A stretch of 64,000 nt of DNA from Caldilineaceae bacterium (GCA_041391225.1 JAWKOL010000024.1:38947-102946), one strand, 5' to 3'; numbered from the stretch's first letter, positions 29,814 through 44,494 are shown. Numbers and translations: made by a program. Notes: generated by a model from the sequence alone, not told the origin.

Positions 29814-30284
29814 GTGATGATGATGTCTAGCCCCTTCGATTTCGACGATCCGGGCCGGCGTGAGCGCGTGCGGCTGGCGCTGGAGGCTTTCCTGGCGGCT
29901 GTAGACGAAGATGAGATGGCGCAGGTGGTGGCCGACTATTCTTTTGTGGCCGAATCACGCTTTGCCGACGGCGTGGATCAGTTGATCGATCATGCCTCGC
30001 GCGTGGGTGACGCCGATGCACTCTTCCGCCTGCAAGGACAGTTGGAACTGCTACAAAGCGTGCTGGCGATGCAGGGCGAGAGTGCAGGGGAGCGGGCGCT
30101 GCACGCCTTCCTTTACGCCGCGGACGAAGACGAGGCAGCCGATGTCTTCGCGCGGGAAGCAACGTTGCTCAAATCCGCAGAGGTGAGGGCGGCATTGTTC
30201 GCGCTGGAGGCGGGCGATCCCGAGAGTGATCTCCACCTGGAAGTGCGCCGGGCGCTGTGGCAGCGGTTGGTTCGATCTACGTGA
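29814..30284 (+). CDS. hypothetical acidic helical protein (156 aa)
   Basis: Intact ORF abutting the preceding stop. No recognisable motif. Confidence 0.5.
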   Translation: MMMMSSPFDFDDPGRRERVRLALEAFLAAVDEDEMAQVVADYSFVAESRFADGVDQLIDHASRVGDADALFRLQGQLELLQSVLAMQGESAGERALHAFLYAADEDEAADVFAREATLLKSAEVRAALFALEAGDPESDLHLEVRRALWQRLVRST

Positions 30285-30351
30285 GCCAATGGTGGAATCC
30301 ATGCGCCGATAGCCGGTATTCCGGCGGGCAGATCGCCGATATGCTATAATT

Positions 30352-30383
30352 GAGAGCAGGCTTGTGCCTGCTCTCTTTCTGTT
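30352..30383 (+). terminator. intrinsic terminator of the sulfatase operon
   Basis: GAGAGCAGGC ttgt GCCTGCTCTC followed by TTTCTGTT. Confidence 0.75.
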
Positions 30384-30447
30384 GCTCAACCCTCGGGGAG
30401 CAGTGCAGACGTAGATCGATACGCTCAGCAGAAAACATGGCAAGGCT

Positions 30448-33080
30448 ATGGCCAAGTTCTACAACCGCCTCAGCGGGAAGTTCATCCTGGCGCTCCTCTT
30501 TTTCTTGCTCATTTTGGGAACGGCGACCGCCGCCGTGATCACTGCCGGCTTCCGACAGACACAATCGACGGTCACCGAGCGCAGTGTGCAGGCGCTCCAG
30601 GCCCAAGGACGCGATACCCTGCTCCAGGCGACGCGGCGCGAAGCGCAGATCAGCGCCATGCAGTTGATGCAGGCGTCGAGCCTGGGGCGCGCCGCCGCTG
30701 ATTTCTACGCGCTGGCCTACGCCGACCATCACCTGGATGCCATGCAGTTGGGGTCACTGACCCACGGCGACGATGGCGTGATCTACGACGCCGATCCCAA
30801 TCGCATCACCGAAATCTGGATCGATGCCAGCGTGGAGGTGACCGCCGATGTCGAAGAAAACCTGCGCCGTTCCCTGGTGCTGGATGAGCTTTCCCTGCCC
30901 TCATGGACCAGGCGCCGGACGTCATCGCCATCTACTACATGGATCCCAGCGGCGCCACCCGTTACTACCCCAAAGTTGAGATCGTCGATGTCGTCGATCA
31001 CAGGTTGATCGTCACCGAGCACGATTTCTTTCGCCTGGCCACGCCCGACGAAGATCCGCAACGGCAACCGGTATGGACAAGCCCCTACATCGACTACATC
31101 GGCCACGGTCCCGTTGTCACCGTGGCGACACCTGTCTACGTGGAAGACAGAATTTGTCGGCGTCATCAGCGTCGACGTTTCGTTGACCAGGCTGATCGAC
31201 CGACTCAACCGCCTCACGCCGACGCCGGGCAGCTGCGCGTTTGCTCATCGACGGCGCCGGGCGGGTTGGTGGCGCCCCGCCTGTACTGCACTCGATGATC
31301 TGCTCAATGCCGAAACAGTGCGCTTGATGGCCAAACTGAACGCCGGTGTCAACGAGACACAGCATGTGATCGAAACAACCATGGGGTTGCCGCTAGAACA
31401 GGTCACCAACCAGTCATTTCAGCAGACGCTGGCCGATTATGCGCAGCAGCGCCAGCGGACTGGCGCGCTTCACGCTCAAAAACAACGAGATCTTTCTGGC
31501 CTGGCGCGCCGTTGCCCGACGTAGGCTGGAGCCCGCAGCTGTTGTGGCGCCGATAGCCGAGATCACAGCCGAATCGCAGACAGTGGCGATGGCCATCGGC
31601 GACGAAGCAGGCGTCACCGTGCGGTGGACGCTGTGGATCACGACGTTGCTATTCGGCCTGGCGCTGGCGGCCACCGTCGTCTTCACGCGCCGATTCTTGA
31701 CCGTACCCATCGAACGACTGGTGACGGCGACGCAGAAAGTCGCTGCCGGTGATCGCAGCGTGTCTCTGCCCGTCCACGCCCAGGACGAGCTGGGGCAATT
31801 GGCCAACGCCTTCAACCAGATGACGGAGCAGATCGTCCAGGCGCAGCAGACTTTGGAGGCACGCGTCTCGGATCGAACACGCGATCTTTCGGCGCTCTAC
31901 GCCGTCACCACGGTTGCCAGCCGCTCACTGGATCAGGATACAGTGCTCGTCAGTTCGCTCGACCAGGTGCTGACCGTGATGAACTGCCTGCACGGCATGA
32001 TCCACCTGTGGGACGATCAGGAGCAGGTGCTCAAGCTCGCCGCCCATCGCCAGATTCCAGAACCATTGTTGCCCAATCTGATGCGTGTTCCCTGTGGCGA
32101 AGGCTTGATCGGTTGGGTGATCGAACAGAGGCAGCCGCTGGTCATCGATGACATTGCCGACGATGCGCGGCTGAGCGTCCACCTTTTGCAAGAGCAAGTC
32201 CAGGCGCGCGGCTTTGTCGGCGTGCCTATGCACGTGCAGAATCGCATCGTGGGCGTGCTCAGTGTCGTCGACGCAAGGACAGCGTTTCAACAGCGAAGAG
32301 GTGGCGCTGCTCAACTCCATCGGCGATCAGGTTGCCGTGGCCGTGGAGAACGCCCGTCTCTACGAACAGGCCGAGCAACTGGCGGTGGTGGAAGAACGAC
32401 AGCGGCTTGCACGGGAGTTGCACGATTCCGTCACCCAATCACTGTACAGCGTAAACCTGCTGGCGGAAACCGCCCATCGCGCGGTGACGGCGAATGATCT
32501 TGAGCGTACCAACTACCTGGTTGATCGCGTCGGCGAAATGGCGCGCCAGGCGCTGAAAGAGATGCGTCTACTCGTCTATGAACTGCGACCGGCGGCGCTG
32601 GCGCAAGAGGGGCTGGTGGGCGCGCTGCAACAGCGGCTCGACACGGTAGAAGGTCGCGCCGGCGTCAAAACACAGCTTCGCATCGACGGCGACCCGGCGC
32701 GGATTCCACAGCAGATGGAGGCGCATCTCTACCGCATCGCCCAAGAGGCGCTCAACAACGCGCTCAAACACGCCGAAGCTGTGGCCGTCACCGTGTTGCT
32801 GTCTGTCGACACAGAATTTGTCACCCTCACCATCAAAGACAATGGCCGGGGCTTCCGATCTCAGCCATGTAGCGAACTTGGCGGCATCGGACTCAAGAGC
32901 ATGCACGAACGCTTCCAACAGTTGCACGGCGCGCTGCGTGTCGAAACGCAGCCCGGCAGCGGCGTGACGGTGTGCGTCTGTCTGCCGTTGAATGCAGATG
33001 GACTGCCGAGCTTACGGCGTATACCCGCCACCATCACCCTCGATGAACTCTATTCGCCCGTACACAAGGAACCCCAATGA
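30448..33080 (+). pseudogene. sensor histidine kinase (TM, Cache-like, HAMP, GAF, HisKA_3, HATPase), about 4 frame breaks
   Basis: ORFs 30448.., 30903.., 31114.., 31439.. and 32214..33080 are collinear. H-box ERQRLARELHDSVTQSLYS. ATPase NALKHAEA and GGIGLKSMHERF. Confidence 0.8.
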
Positions 33081-33725
33081 CCGATACGATCCGCGTCCTC
33101 ATCGCCGACGACCACGCCGTGGTGCGCGAAGGGTTGCGCTCACTCATCTCCTCTGAGCCGGGTATGCAGGTTGTGGACGAAGCATGCGACGGCATCGAAG
33201 CTGTGCTCAAGCGCGTTCGCTGCGCAGATGTTGTCCTGCTCGATCTGGTGATGCCACGCAAAGGCGGCATCGAAGCCATCGAAGAGATCAAGGGCGAGAA
33301 CCCCAACACGCACATCCTCGTGCTCACCAGCTTTGCCGAAGACGACAAAGTCTTCCCTGCGATTCGCAAAGGTGCGCAGGGCTATCTGCTCAAAGATTCC
33401 GCGCCCGAAGAACTATTGCAGGCGATCCGGCATGTGTGCCGCGGCGAGACGTCGCTACATCCTACGATTGCGCGCAAGCTGATCCAGGAGATCAACCAAC
33501 CTTCTGATCTGCCGCCATCCGACGATCCATTGACGGGCGCGAAGTGGAAGTGTTGGCGTCTGGTTTCAGGGGGCTTTCCAACCAGGAGATCGCCGATTCG
33601 CTGGTGGTGAGCGAACGGACGGTACGCACGCATCAGCAACATCTTGAGCAAGCTGCACCTGGCCAACCGCACGCAGGCGGCGCTCTATGCGTTGAAGAGA
33701 GGTCTTTCGCCTCGACGACCTGTAA
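33077..33725 (+). pseudogene. NarL/LuxR-family response regulator, 2-3 frame breaks in the HTH part
   Basis: ATGA overlap with the kinase stop. IRVLIADDHAVVREGL, VVLLDLVMP. LTGREVEVL / SERTVRTH / SKLHLANRTQAALYALKRG are in shifted frames. Probable stop TAA 33723-33725. Confidence 0.8.
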
Positions 33726-33861
33726 ATTCAGTCATTTGTCATAAAATCCCGTCCACATTTGCTAGAAAGGTGCTATACTTCTGCCCGATGCATTCATGTG
33801 ACCGACGACGTAGAGTTGTATCACCTCGTTTGGCGTCTATCCCGACGCTTTAGGCCATCAA

Positions 33862-34497
33862 GTGCTAGGACAGCATATGCAGCCCGGATCAAAGCGACTT
33901 GTGGGCATCATTTCTGTGCTCGCGTTCTTCTTCGCCGTGCTGGCGGTTTGGGTGGCGCCTGTTGATCTCCAGATCGGCAGTAGCCGCACAAATATCAACC
34001 ATACGATCAGCACAGCCACGGTAGACGATCCAGATGCACTACTGGTGCAACGCGGCGTCGAAATCTACCTCACCGCAAGTGATCAGCCTGTGGTGGGCGA
34101 CACGATGGTGCGGGAACTGGTGGCGCAACTGAGCCGGCGCTTGCCGGTGCAACGCATCACGCTAATTGAAGATCCGGGTATGCCCCACAGCGACGCCCCC
34201 CTGATCTACTTTGAAATCGCCGATAGCGAACTCACATGGACGCCGCTTTGGGCCAATGCCTCGATGACGGTAGACGTTGTTTATGCCTCCGATGGCGACA
34301 TTTCGTGGCGCAACGCGGCGAGCATGATCATGGGCCAGGATACACCCACCGTCCACGCGCGGGGTACAATCCAGTTGGAAGATGCGTCGCGAGGGGTTTT
34401 CTCGTTCTTCGGCTATCGGCGTCACCTGGGCAAAGCGTTGGGCGATGATCTGTTCAAGATGATGGAATCTCCACTGTTCGATCCGCCCGGTTCCTGA
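33862..34497 (+). CDS. hypothetical membrane-anchored protein
   Basis: Intact ORF with one N-terminal TM segment (LVGIISVLAFFFAVLAVWVAP). No recognisable domain. Confidence 0.55.
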   Translation: MLGQHMQPGSKRLVGIISVLAFFFAVLAVWVAPVDLQIGSSRTNINHTISTATVDDPDALLVQRGVEIYLTASDQPVVGDTMVRELVAQLSRRLPVQRITLIEDPGMPHSDAPLIYFEIADSELTWTPLWANASMTVDVVYASDGDISWRNAASMIMGQDTPTVHARGTIQLEDASRGVFSFFGYRRHLGKALGDDLFKMMESPLFDPPGS

Positions 34498-34620
34498 TTG
34501 CGATGCAGCGTTGAATCTGCGATAATCGTGGAATCTACGCAGAAATTCTGTATCGTTCATAGCTTTTCCATGCTCAACTGTATGGAGGAGGGACCGGCAT
34601 CGCGCTAGAGGATCGGAATA

Positions 34621-34962
34621 ATGAACAACCTACTGCTAATTTTGCGCAGTGTTATCGTCCAGGAACCGCTCTGTTTGATCTGGTTGGCGGGTCTGCTGAT
34701 GGCCTGGATACAACGTTACGAAAATGGGAAATTGTCGCTGGTGGTGGCGCTTTCGATGCTGCTTTTCCTCGTTAGCGCGATTGGCGGTGTCTACTTCCAC
34801 AATTGGATGCCGGTGAGCGTCTACGATCGTATGAACAGCCTACCCGTTTGGCTGAACGGTATGCTTACCTTCAACCAGCCCACCCAGTTGATCATCGAAA
34901 CCATTGCCTGGAGTCTCCTCTTGTTCGGCATGTTCAACTGGCGAACAACCCGCTGGCAATAG
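34621..34962 (+). CDS. hypothetical small integral membrane protein (113 aa)
   Basis: Intact ORF with 3-4 hydrophobic segments. Confidence 0.5.
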   Translation: MNNLLLILRSVIVQEPLCLIWLAGLLMAWIQRYENGKLSLVVALSMLLFLVSAIGGVYFHNWMPVSVYDRMNSLPVWLNGMLTFNQPTQLIIETIAWSLLLFGMFNWRTTRWQ

Positions 34963-34990
34963 AGCGTGCTGATTTCAAGCGATCCAGTAG

Positions 34991-35011
34991 TTGCAATTCT
35001 GATTGAGTCCG

Positions 35012-35018
<7 letters not shown>
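34991..35018 (+). promoter_or_regulatory. candidate sigma70-type promoter in a low-GC island
   Basis: TTGCAA, 16-nt spacer, perfect TATAAT (35013-35018). Confidence 0.4.
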
Positions 35019-35269
<251 letters not shown>

Positions 35270-35293
<24 letters not shown>

Positions 35294-35353
35294 GATTTTC
35301 TGATGGGATTTTCTTCGATGTGATTTTCGATGATCTTCCGATGATCTTCCGAT
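35270..35353. repeat. degenerate tandem repeats (GATTTTC / GATCTTCC-GAT units, about 7 copies) upstream of ilvB
   Basis: gtgattttctgat gtgattttcat gattttctgat gggattttcttcgat gtgattttcgat gatcttccgat gatcttccgat. Confidence 0.8.
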
Positions 35354-35396
35354 TCCTGTACACAGTGATATTCCTGAAACACAAGGAGAATAATCT

Positions 35397-37100
<1,704 letters not shown>

Positions 37101-37790
37101 CAACGAACTGATCCTGCCGCCCCAAGCCATCGGTGGTGCAGGGCTTCAGCGGCGTCCAGCCGAGTTGGTAAAGAAACTTGACAGTCTTAATGCTCACACA
37201 TACCCTAAGAAGAGAATCCATGAAACATACTCTGGTGGCGTGGATGCGGGACAAGCCCGGCGTGCTCAACCGGGTGTCGGGGCTGCTGCGCAGGCGTAAT
37301 TTCAACATCGACAGCCTACAGGTGAGCCACAGCGAAACGCCCGGCATCAGCCGCATGACCTTTGTGGTCGACGGCGACGAGCGCATGGTGGATCAGGTGG
37401 TGAAGCAGTTGCAGAAAGCTGTGGACATCACCAAGGTGGAAGATTTCACCGAGAAACCGACAGTGCTGCGTGAATTGGCGCTGGTTCGTGTCCACACCAC
37501 GTCGGAGACTCGCCAGGAGATCATACGATTCGCCGAAGTCTACCGCGCCCAGATCGTCGACGCCGCAATGGACAGTGTCGTGATCCAGATCGTCGGCTCC
37601 GAAGACAAAGTCGATTCGATGATCGATCTGCTCTATCGCTTCGGCATCGAAGAGATGGTGCGTACCGGTAACGTGGCCATCCACCGTGGCAGCACCCAGA
37701 AGTCGAAAGACGCGCCAGCACCGTGTGGCGCGGCCAAGTCCAACCATCCGGTCGCTCCGAACGTGAGAAGACCGGCGGCGTGTAATTTTC

Positions 37791-38886
<1,096 letters not shown>

Positions 38887-38887
38887 G

Positions 38888-38955
38888 AAAGCCAAGGCAA
38901 AGGTCAGAAGGCACGATGAACCTTTTGGCTTTTGCACTTTGACTTTTGCCTTTTG
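38888..38955. repeat. inverted AAGGCAA-type heptamer arrays forming a hairpin after ilvC (terminator-like)
   Basis: aaagccaaggcaaaggtcagaaggca ... ccttttggcttttgcactttgacttttgccttttg. Confidence 0.8.
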
Positions 38956-39074
38956 AAGGGGGGTGATTGGCTTGGACGATGGCCTTAGTGATCTTCGATG
39001 CTTCACCGCTGTAGACACAATCTATTTCGACAACCTATTCCATTTAGAAGTCAATCATCTCCCGGAGGATACTC

Positions 39075-40857
39075 ATGAACGACGGCATCACCAACGGACA
39101 CGAGGCCGAAAACGGCGTCACTGAAGAACCTGCCGTAGCAACACCCACCGATGTATCCGCTTTCGCCATTCCCGATATTGCCGACTGGGCGCGACGTGGC
39201 CCACGGCAAGACGATCCTGATCTTCGACACCACGCTACCGCGACGGCGAACAAGCCCGGGCGCCACCCTCAACGAGCAGGGAAAAGGTGGAGATCATGCG
39301 TCAACTACGTCGCCGCTTGGCGTGGACATCATGGAAGCCGGCTTCCCTGCCGCCAGCCCTGGCGACCTAGCGCGGTCAAGCGCATCGCCGAGACTGTGGG
39401 GCGCACGCCCCGCGTCGACAAGAATGGCCAGACAGTGGCGCCGCCCATCATCGCCGGCCTGGCCCGCGCCAATCGCAACGACATCACCAAGGCATGGGAA
39501 GCCGTGGCGCCCGCCGTGCGCCCACGCATCCGCCTTCATCGCCACCTCCGACATCCACATGGAGCACAAGCTGCGCATGAGCCGCGACGAAGTGCTGGAG
39601 ACGGTGGGCGAAATGGTGGAATACGCCCGCAGCCTATGTGACAACGTCGAATTCAGCCCCGAAGACGCAGGGCGCAGCGATCCCGCCTTCCTGGTGCGTG
39701 TGCTGGAAGTGGCGATCCGCGCCGGCGCCACCACACTGAACATCCCCGACACCGTCGGCTACACCACGCCCGAAGAATGCGGCAAGCTGATCGGATATCG
39801 CGAGGAAGTCCCCGGCGGCGAGGACGTGATCTTCAAGCACCCACTGTCACAACGATCTGGGGCTGGCCACGGCCAACACGCTGATCGGCGCGGCCAACGG
39901 CGCCCGCCAGATCGAGGTGACCATCAACAGCATCGGCGAGCGCCTTAAGCGGAACACCAGCCTTCGAAGAAGCCGTGATGGCGCTGTTCACGCGCGAATC
40001 GGTCTACCACCTGGACACGAACATCATCACCCAGGAGATCCACCGCACCAGCGACATGGTCAGCCGGCTACACCGGCATGGTGATCCAGCCCAACAAGGC
40101 CATCGTGGGCGCCAATGCCTTCGCCCACGAAGCCGGCATTCACCAGGACGGTATGCTGAAAAACAAGCGCACCTACGAGATCATGGACGTGGGCACCATC
40201 GGCCTGAACCAGAGCCGTCTGGTGTTGGGCAAGCACTCGGGCCGTCATGCGCTGCGGGCGCGGCTGGAAGAATTGGGCTATCGCCTGGAGCGCGAGGAAC
40301 TCAACGAAGTGTTCCAGCGTTTCAAAGAACTAGCCGACAAAAAGAAAACGGTCACCGATGCCGACATCGAAGCCCTGGTGGCCGACGAGCTTTACCAGCC
40401 CACCGAAACGTGGGAACTGGTGGGGTTACAGGTGCAGTGCGGCAACGGCCTGATCCCCACCGCAGCGGTGACGCTGCGCAACAACAACACCGGCGAAGAC
40501 ACCACCCAGGCTGTCATCGGTGCTGGGCCGGTGGACGCCGCCTACAAAGGCATCAACCAGATTATTGGCATCGAGAACACGCTGGTGGAATTCCTGGTGC
40601 AGGCGGTGACGGAAGGCATCGACGCCAACGGCGATGTCACCGTGCGCATCGAAGTGCCACAAAGCCGCGGTTTCAGCCAGACAGCTCAAGGACGGGCGCG
40701 ACGTCGCCTCTTTAGCGGGCGCGGCGTCGACACTGACATCATCGTGGCCAGCACCAAAGCGTATGTTCAGGCGCTGAATCGCATGATCGCCGCCGGCGAC
40801 GGCGACAGCTCCGCCGTGGCCATCATGGACACGGGCGCAACGGAGCCGGTTGCCTGA
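39075..40857 (+). pseudogene. leuA: 2-isopropylmalate synthase, about 6 frame breaks in the first 1 kb
   Basis: GGAGGA then ATG at 39075. [52 protein letters not shown], then intact ORF 40078..40857 ([17 protein letters not shown], LeuA dimerisation region). Confidence 0.85.
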
Positions 40858-40885
40858 ACCTGAAACAAATTCAGATCTTTTGCGT

Positions 40886-40933
40886 AGAGCGTAGCGCGTC
40901 GGCGAATCTGTCAACGCGTTGCGCTCTTTTTTT
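40886..40933 (+). terminator. intrinsic terminator after leuA
   Basis: AGAGCGTAGCGCGT ... ACGCGTTGCGCTCT followed by T7. Confidence 0.75.
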
Positions 40934-40942
40934 GTGACTGTT

Positions 40943-41002
40943 CAGCGTTCGCCCTGGACTAACGCCGGTTGAGACTGTCGAAACCCGGCGGGGCGAACGC
41001 TG
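40943..41002 (+). other. long stem-loop in the leader of the 41041 gene
   Basis: Perfect 12-nt arms CAGCGTTCGCCC / GGGCGAACGCTG enclosing a second imperfect stem GCCGGTT / AACCCGGC. Confidence 0.6.
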
Positions 41003-41040
41003 TTTGGACTCGCATCTTTTTCAAAAACGGGAATCCGCCT

Positions 41041-42924
41041 ATGCATCGAACCACTACATTGCCGCGCTGGTCGCGGATCCTGCTTGGCTGGCTGATCGCG
41101 CTCCTGGCGCTGACCGCCATGCCCGCTGCACATGGCTACGCGCAAGAAACGCCGCCAAGCTACACCTTCCAAGAATGTGAAAACGTTGAAGAAACCGCCC
41201 TGCGCGATGAGTTGAACCAGCTTACCCAGGTGATCTTCGCTGCCGGCAGCGAAGAGATCGACGTTGCAGGGTTGGTGGACCGTACGTGGATCGCACAGGA
41301 TGTGGACAGCACCATCGATCGCGCCGTCGAATCCGCTATCCAGTCGATGTATCGCGACGAAAGCTACTGGGATCGCTTCCTCTCAGGCTGGTCGGCGGAC
41401 AAGGCCGAAGAGTTCGCTACCCAGGTTGCCAACAGGGCCTTCAGTTCAGACGACTTTCGTTCGCAGATCGAGGCGCTTTCGGGTTCCGTCGCCGATGCCG
41501 TGGCCGAAGAAATGACGGTGATTTCGGCGCGTTCCGCGTCTTCGGCGCTGCTGTGCGTCCAGTCTTTTGTGGGCGACAGCTATTCGGATACGATGGCGGC
41601 GCTTTTTGAGGCGCAAATCAGCCAGGAGGTTGGCGACATCAACCTGCTCAGCGTCGACGCCAACGTGCAGCCGCTGTTACAGAGTCACACCCGGTCGCTT
41701 GCCGGCATCGGTGTGATCATCGGCGCGCAGATTGCCAAACGGCTGGCCCAGAAAGTGGCGCAGCGTATTGCTGGCAAGGTGGTGGGGCGTGTGCTGGGCA
41801 AGGCGGCCACGTCGATCATCCCCATCGCAGGCTGGGTGATCGGCGGCGGGCTGATCGTGTGGGATCTGATCGAAGGTGGGAACGGTGCGCTGCCCCAGAT
41901 CCAGGCGGCGCTGCAAGAAGAGAGTGTCAAGGCTGGGGTTCGCAGTGAGATCACTGTCACCGTTGAAGACGAGCTACGCAAAGAGATGCCCGAGATCGCC
42001 CGCACCGTCTCCAACGATGTCTACAGTTCGTGGCTCGACTTCAAGCGCAAGTACACACAGGTGTTGGGCCTGGCCAATGAGAACCAACAGTTCCGCAACC
42101 TGATCGAAGAGGTCACCGCCGACGATGTGGGCAAGCTGGCGACGCTGGTGGTGACGGTGGAAAACAGCATGGGCCACGACGGTCTGCTGCGCTCCATCGA
42201 CGACGGTCAGTTGAAGGATCTCTTCTACCTGCCCCAGTCGGCGTACGACATCCTGCGCGATACGTCGAACGCCGCCCTTGTGCTGGCGTGGGCCGATCTC
42301 GCCGGCGCCGATCTGGATGCGGTGGTGGCCACAGAACTGTACAAAGTGGCCACGCCCGAATCGTTCCTCGACAACGACGACATGTCCAAGGTGCTGACGC
42401 TGGGCAACAAAGACGCGGTGCGATGTGATGCTGCTCAGCCGCATCGAACGGGACGTGCTCCTGGCCCTGCCCGCCTCCAGTGTAGCCGCGCTGACCGATG
42501 CGTTCACCGCCGAGGATCTGCGCTGGCTGGCCCGCTACATCGCCGACATGGAACCCCGCGACGCCAATCTGCTGGTGGATCGCCTGCTGCGTGACACCAG
42601 CCTGATGCCGAAACTGCAAAATGAACCGGTGCGTCAAGCCGTGGTCGCCAGCGAAGACGTAGACGAGACATTGGCGTTCCTCACAACCGATCCGGTGGAA
42701 GTGCAGCAGTCGCCGGTGGCCCAGGTGGGCCGCGTCATCGAGGACACGGGGAGGCTGGCCAATGGCGAGGTCTCCTGGCTACTTTCTGGCGCAAGTACGG
42801 CACGTTGCGTAACCTGGCCATGCTGCTGGGTGCGGTCTTCGTCCTGTTTATCATCGTCCGCTTGCTCTTCCGCCGCAGTCAACCCGTCCACGTGACGGTA
42901 AATCTGCCGAAGGATCGGGATTAG
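41041..42924 (+). pseudogene. large uncharacterised secreted/membrane protein (~627 aa), two frame breaks near 42420 and 42790
   Basis: Signal peptide LLGWLIALLALTAMPAAHGYAQE. Central Gly-rich hydrophobic pair. C-terminal TM LAMLLGAVFVLFIIVRLLF in a third frame. No recognisable domain. Confidence 0.55.
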
Positions 42925-42951
42925 AGATTAGGGATCGGGACTGGGATTTGG
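42913..42951. repeat. heptamer array (GATCGGG/ATTAGAG/ATTAGGG type)
   Basis: gatcgggattagagattagggatcgggactgggatttgg. Confidence 0.75.
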
Positions 42952-42963
42952 CCAATATGCTGG

Positions 42964-43032
42964 AATAGAACGCGGATGAAGCGGATTGATATCCGCAAAG
43001 ATCCGCCCAATCCGCTTCATCCGCGTTCTATT
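42964..43032. repeat. GCGGAT-rich REP-like palindrome, family B (both arms)
   Basis: AATAGAACGCGGATGAAGCGGATTG ... CAATCCGCTTCATCCGCGTTCTATT; the centre has further ATCCGC units. Confidence 0.85.
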
Positions 43033-43077
43033 CTGATTTCATGTGGAATTTCTGTTTTCGCACAGAGGGAGAAGTAG

Positions 43078-43380
43078 ATGCTGATTGCGCTGGATCAGGT
43101 GCATGGCGAAGTTGAAGTGGGGGAGCTGCTGGTGGCGGTGACGGTCTGACGCGAATGTGGTGAGGGATGTGCGGAGAATATCCGCAACCTGATCGGCGGG
43201 CGCATGACGCACTACGAGGCGTTGATCCAGACAGCCGTGGAGCAGGCGTTGGCCGATCTGGATCGCAAGGCCAAAGACAAAGGCTACGATGGCGTCATCG
43301 GCGTAAAAATCAGCCACCCCACCGTGGTCGACGGCGGGGTGGAAGTTGTTGTGTATGGTAATGGCTTTCGCAAGATGTAG
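43078..43380 (+). pseudogene. YbjQ/UPF0145-family small protein, frame breaks near 43145-43175
   Basis: MLIALDQVHGEVEVGELLVAVTV then [45 protein letters not shown]...[11 protein letters not shown] in another frame. SD AGAGGGAG. Confidence 0.6.
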
Positions 43381-43387
43381 AAGCAAC

Positions 43388-43469
43388 GAAGGCAAAAGGC
43401 AAAGTGCAAAAGGCAAAAAATGTCAGCCGCCGGCTGTATTTTTGCCCCAATCGCCCAATCACCAATCAC
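43388..43469. repeat. AAGGCAA-type array, short GC hairpin, then CCAATCA-type array
   Basis: gaaggcaaaaggcaaagtgcaaaaggcaaaaaa / cagccgccggctg / ccccaatcgcccaatcaccaatcac. Confidence 0.8.
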
Positions 43470-43474
43470 TTCCC

Positions 43475-44405
43475 CTACAGATTGCGGGCGTCTTGTCGGC
43501 GCATGGATTGGGGGAGGACGCGGTGCTCCAGGCCCGGCGCGATGGTGCGCTCGGTAGCGTCGTAGTGGAAGGGCAACTGCGGCGGCATGTCGCCAGGCTT
43601 GAAGAAGCGCCCAATCAGGATGATGGCGGTGGAGACGTAGGCCAGGCTGCCGATCAGCCAGATCATGCCGCCGCTCACCATCTGATCTTGCAGCGACGTA
43701 AAGCCTGCGAAAGCGCCCTGGGCGTAGGACAGGTAAGCCGGCGTCTCGCGAAACGCCAATGTGACCCCGGCCACCATGTTGGGCAACTCACCGCCAAGGA
43801 CGATGTAGAGAAACGCCATCCAGCCCGGCAGCGCCGTGTGAATGCGTGGACCTGTCCCCACCAGGTGCCACCAGAAAAGCAGATAGAACCCCAAAAACAG
43901 CCCCAACGTCAGATCATAGGCCCAGTTGTGCGCCAGTGTCCACGCCACCAGTTGCGGATCGTGCCAAATCAGGAAGACGCTCACCGTCCCCAGCCAGGCG
44001 AAGACGGGCTTGGTCACCCACCGGCTGATCTGCCCAGTGGGTGTGCGCAGCAAGATGCGGCGTGTCACCACCTTGCGCAGCGAAACGGGCATTCCCCACA
44101 CCGCCACGTGAAATGGACACGCAAGCCACAGCAAGGGCGGCGCGACGATCCCCAGTGAATCTGTTGGGCGGCGCGGCGGCCAGCAGTTCGCCGTGCAGCG
44201 CGTAAAGCGGCGACACCAGCGCCAGCCCCACGGCCAACCAGCCACCAGCAAACGAGATCAGGCGCGCCGCCGTTGCCAGTTTGGGATAGGCGCGCCGAGA
44301 GCGCCACCATCCCCACACATACAACACGGCCACAGCCAGCAGGATCAGCGTTGTCACCGGGCGCCACGGCCAATCGAAAAGCAGCGCATCAGTCAATGCG
44401 TACAT
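43475..44405 (-). pseudogene. cytochrome c oxidase assembly factor CtaG-like membrane protein (Caa3_CtaG type), one frame break near 44200
   Basis: ORFs 43914..44405 and 43475..44251 are collinear and polytopic, with a W/H-rich pattern (LIWHDPQLV, FWWHLVG). The family call is from memory. Confidence 0.55.
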
Positions 44406-44494
44406 GAATGTTTCCTATCGTCGAGGCGGCGCAACCGCCCAATTTCCACAACCTCCTGGGACGCAGGCATTGTACCCTGTCGAGTGTATGCGTA

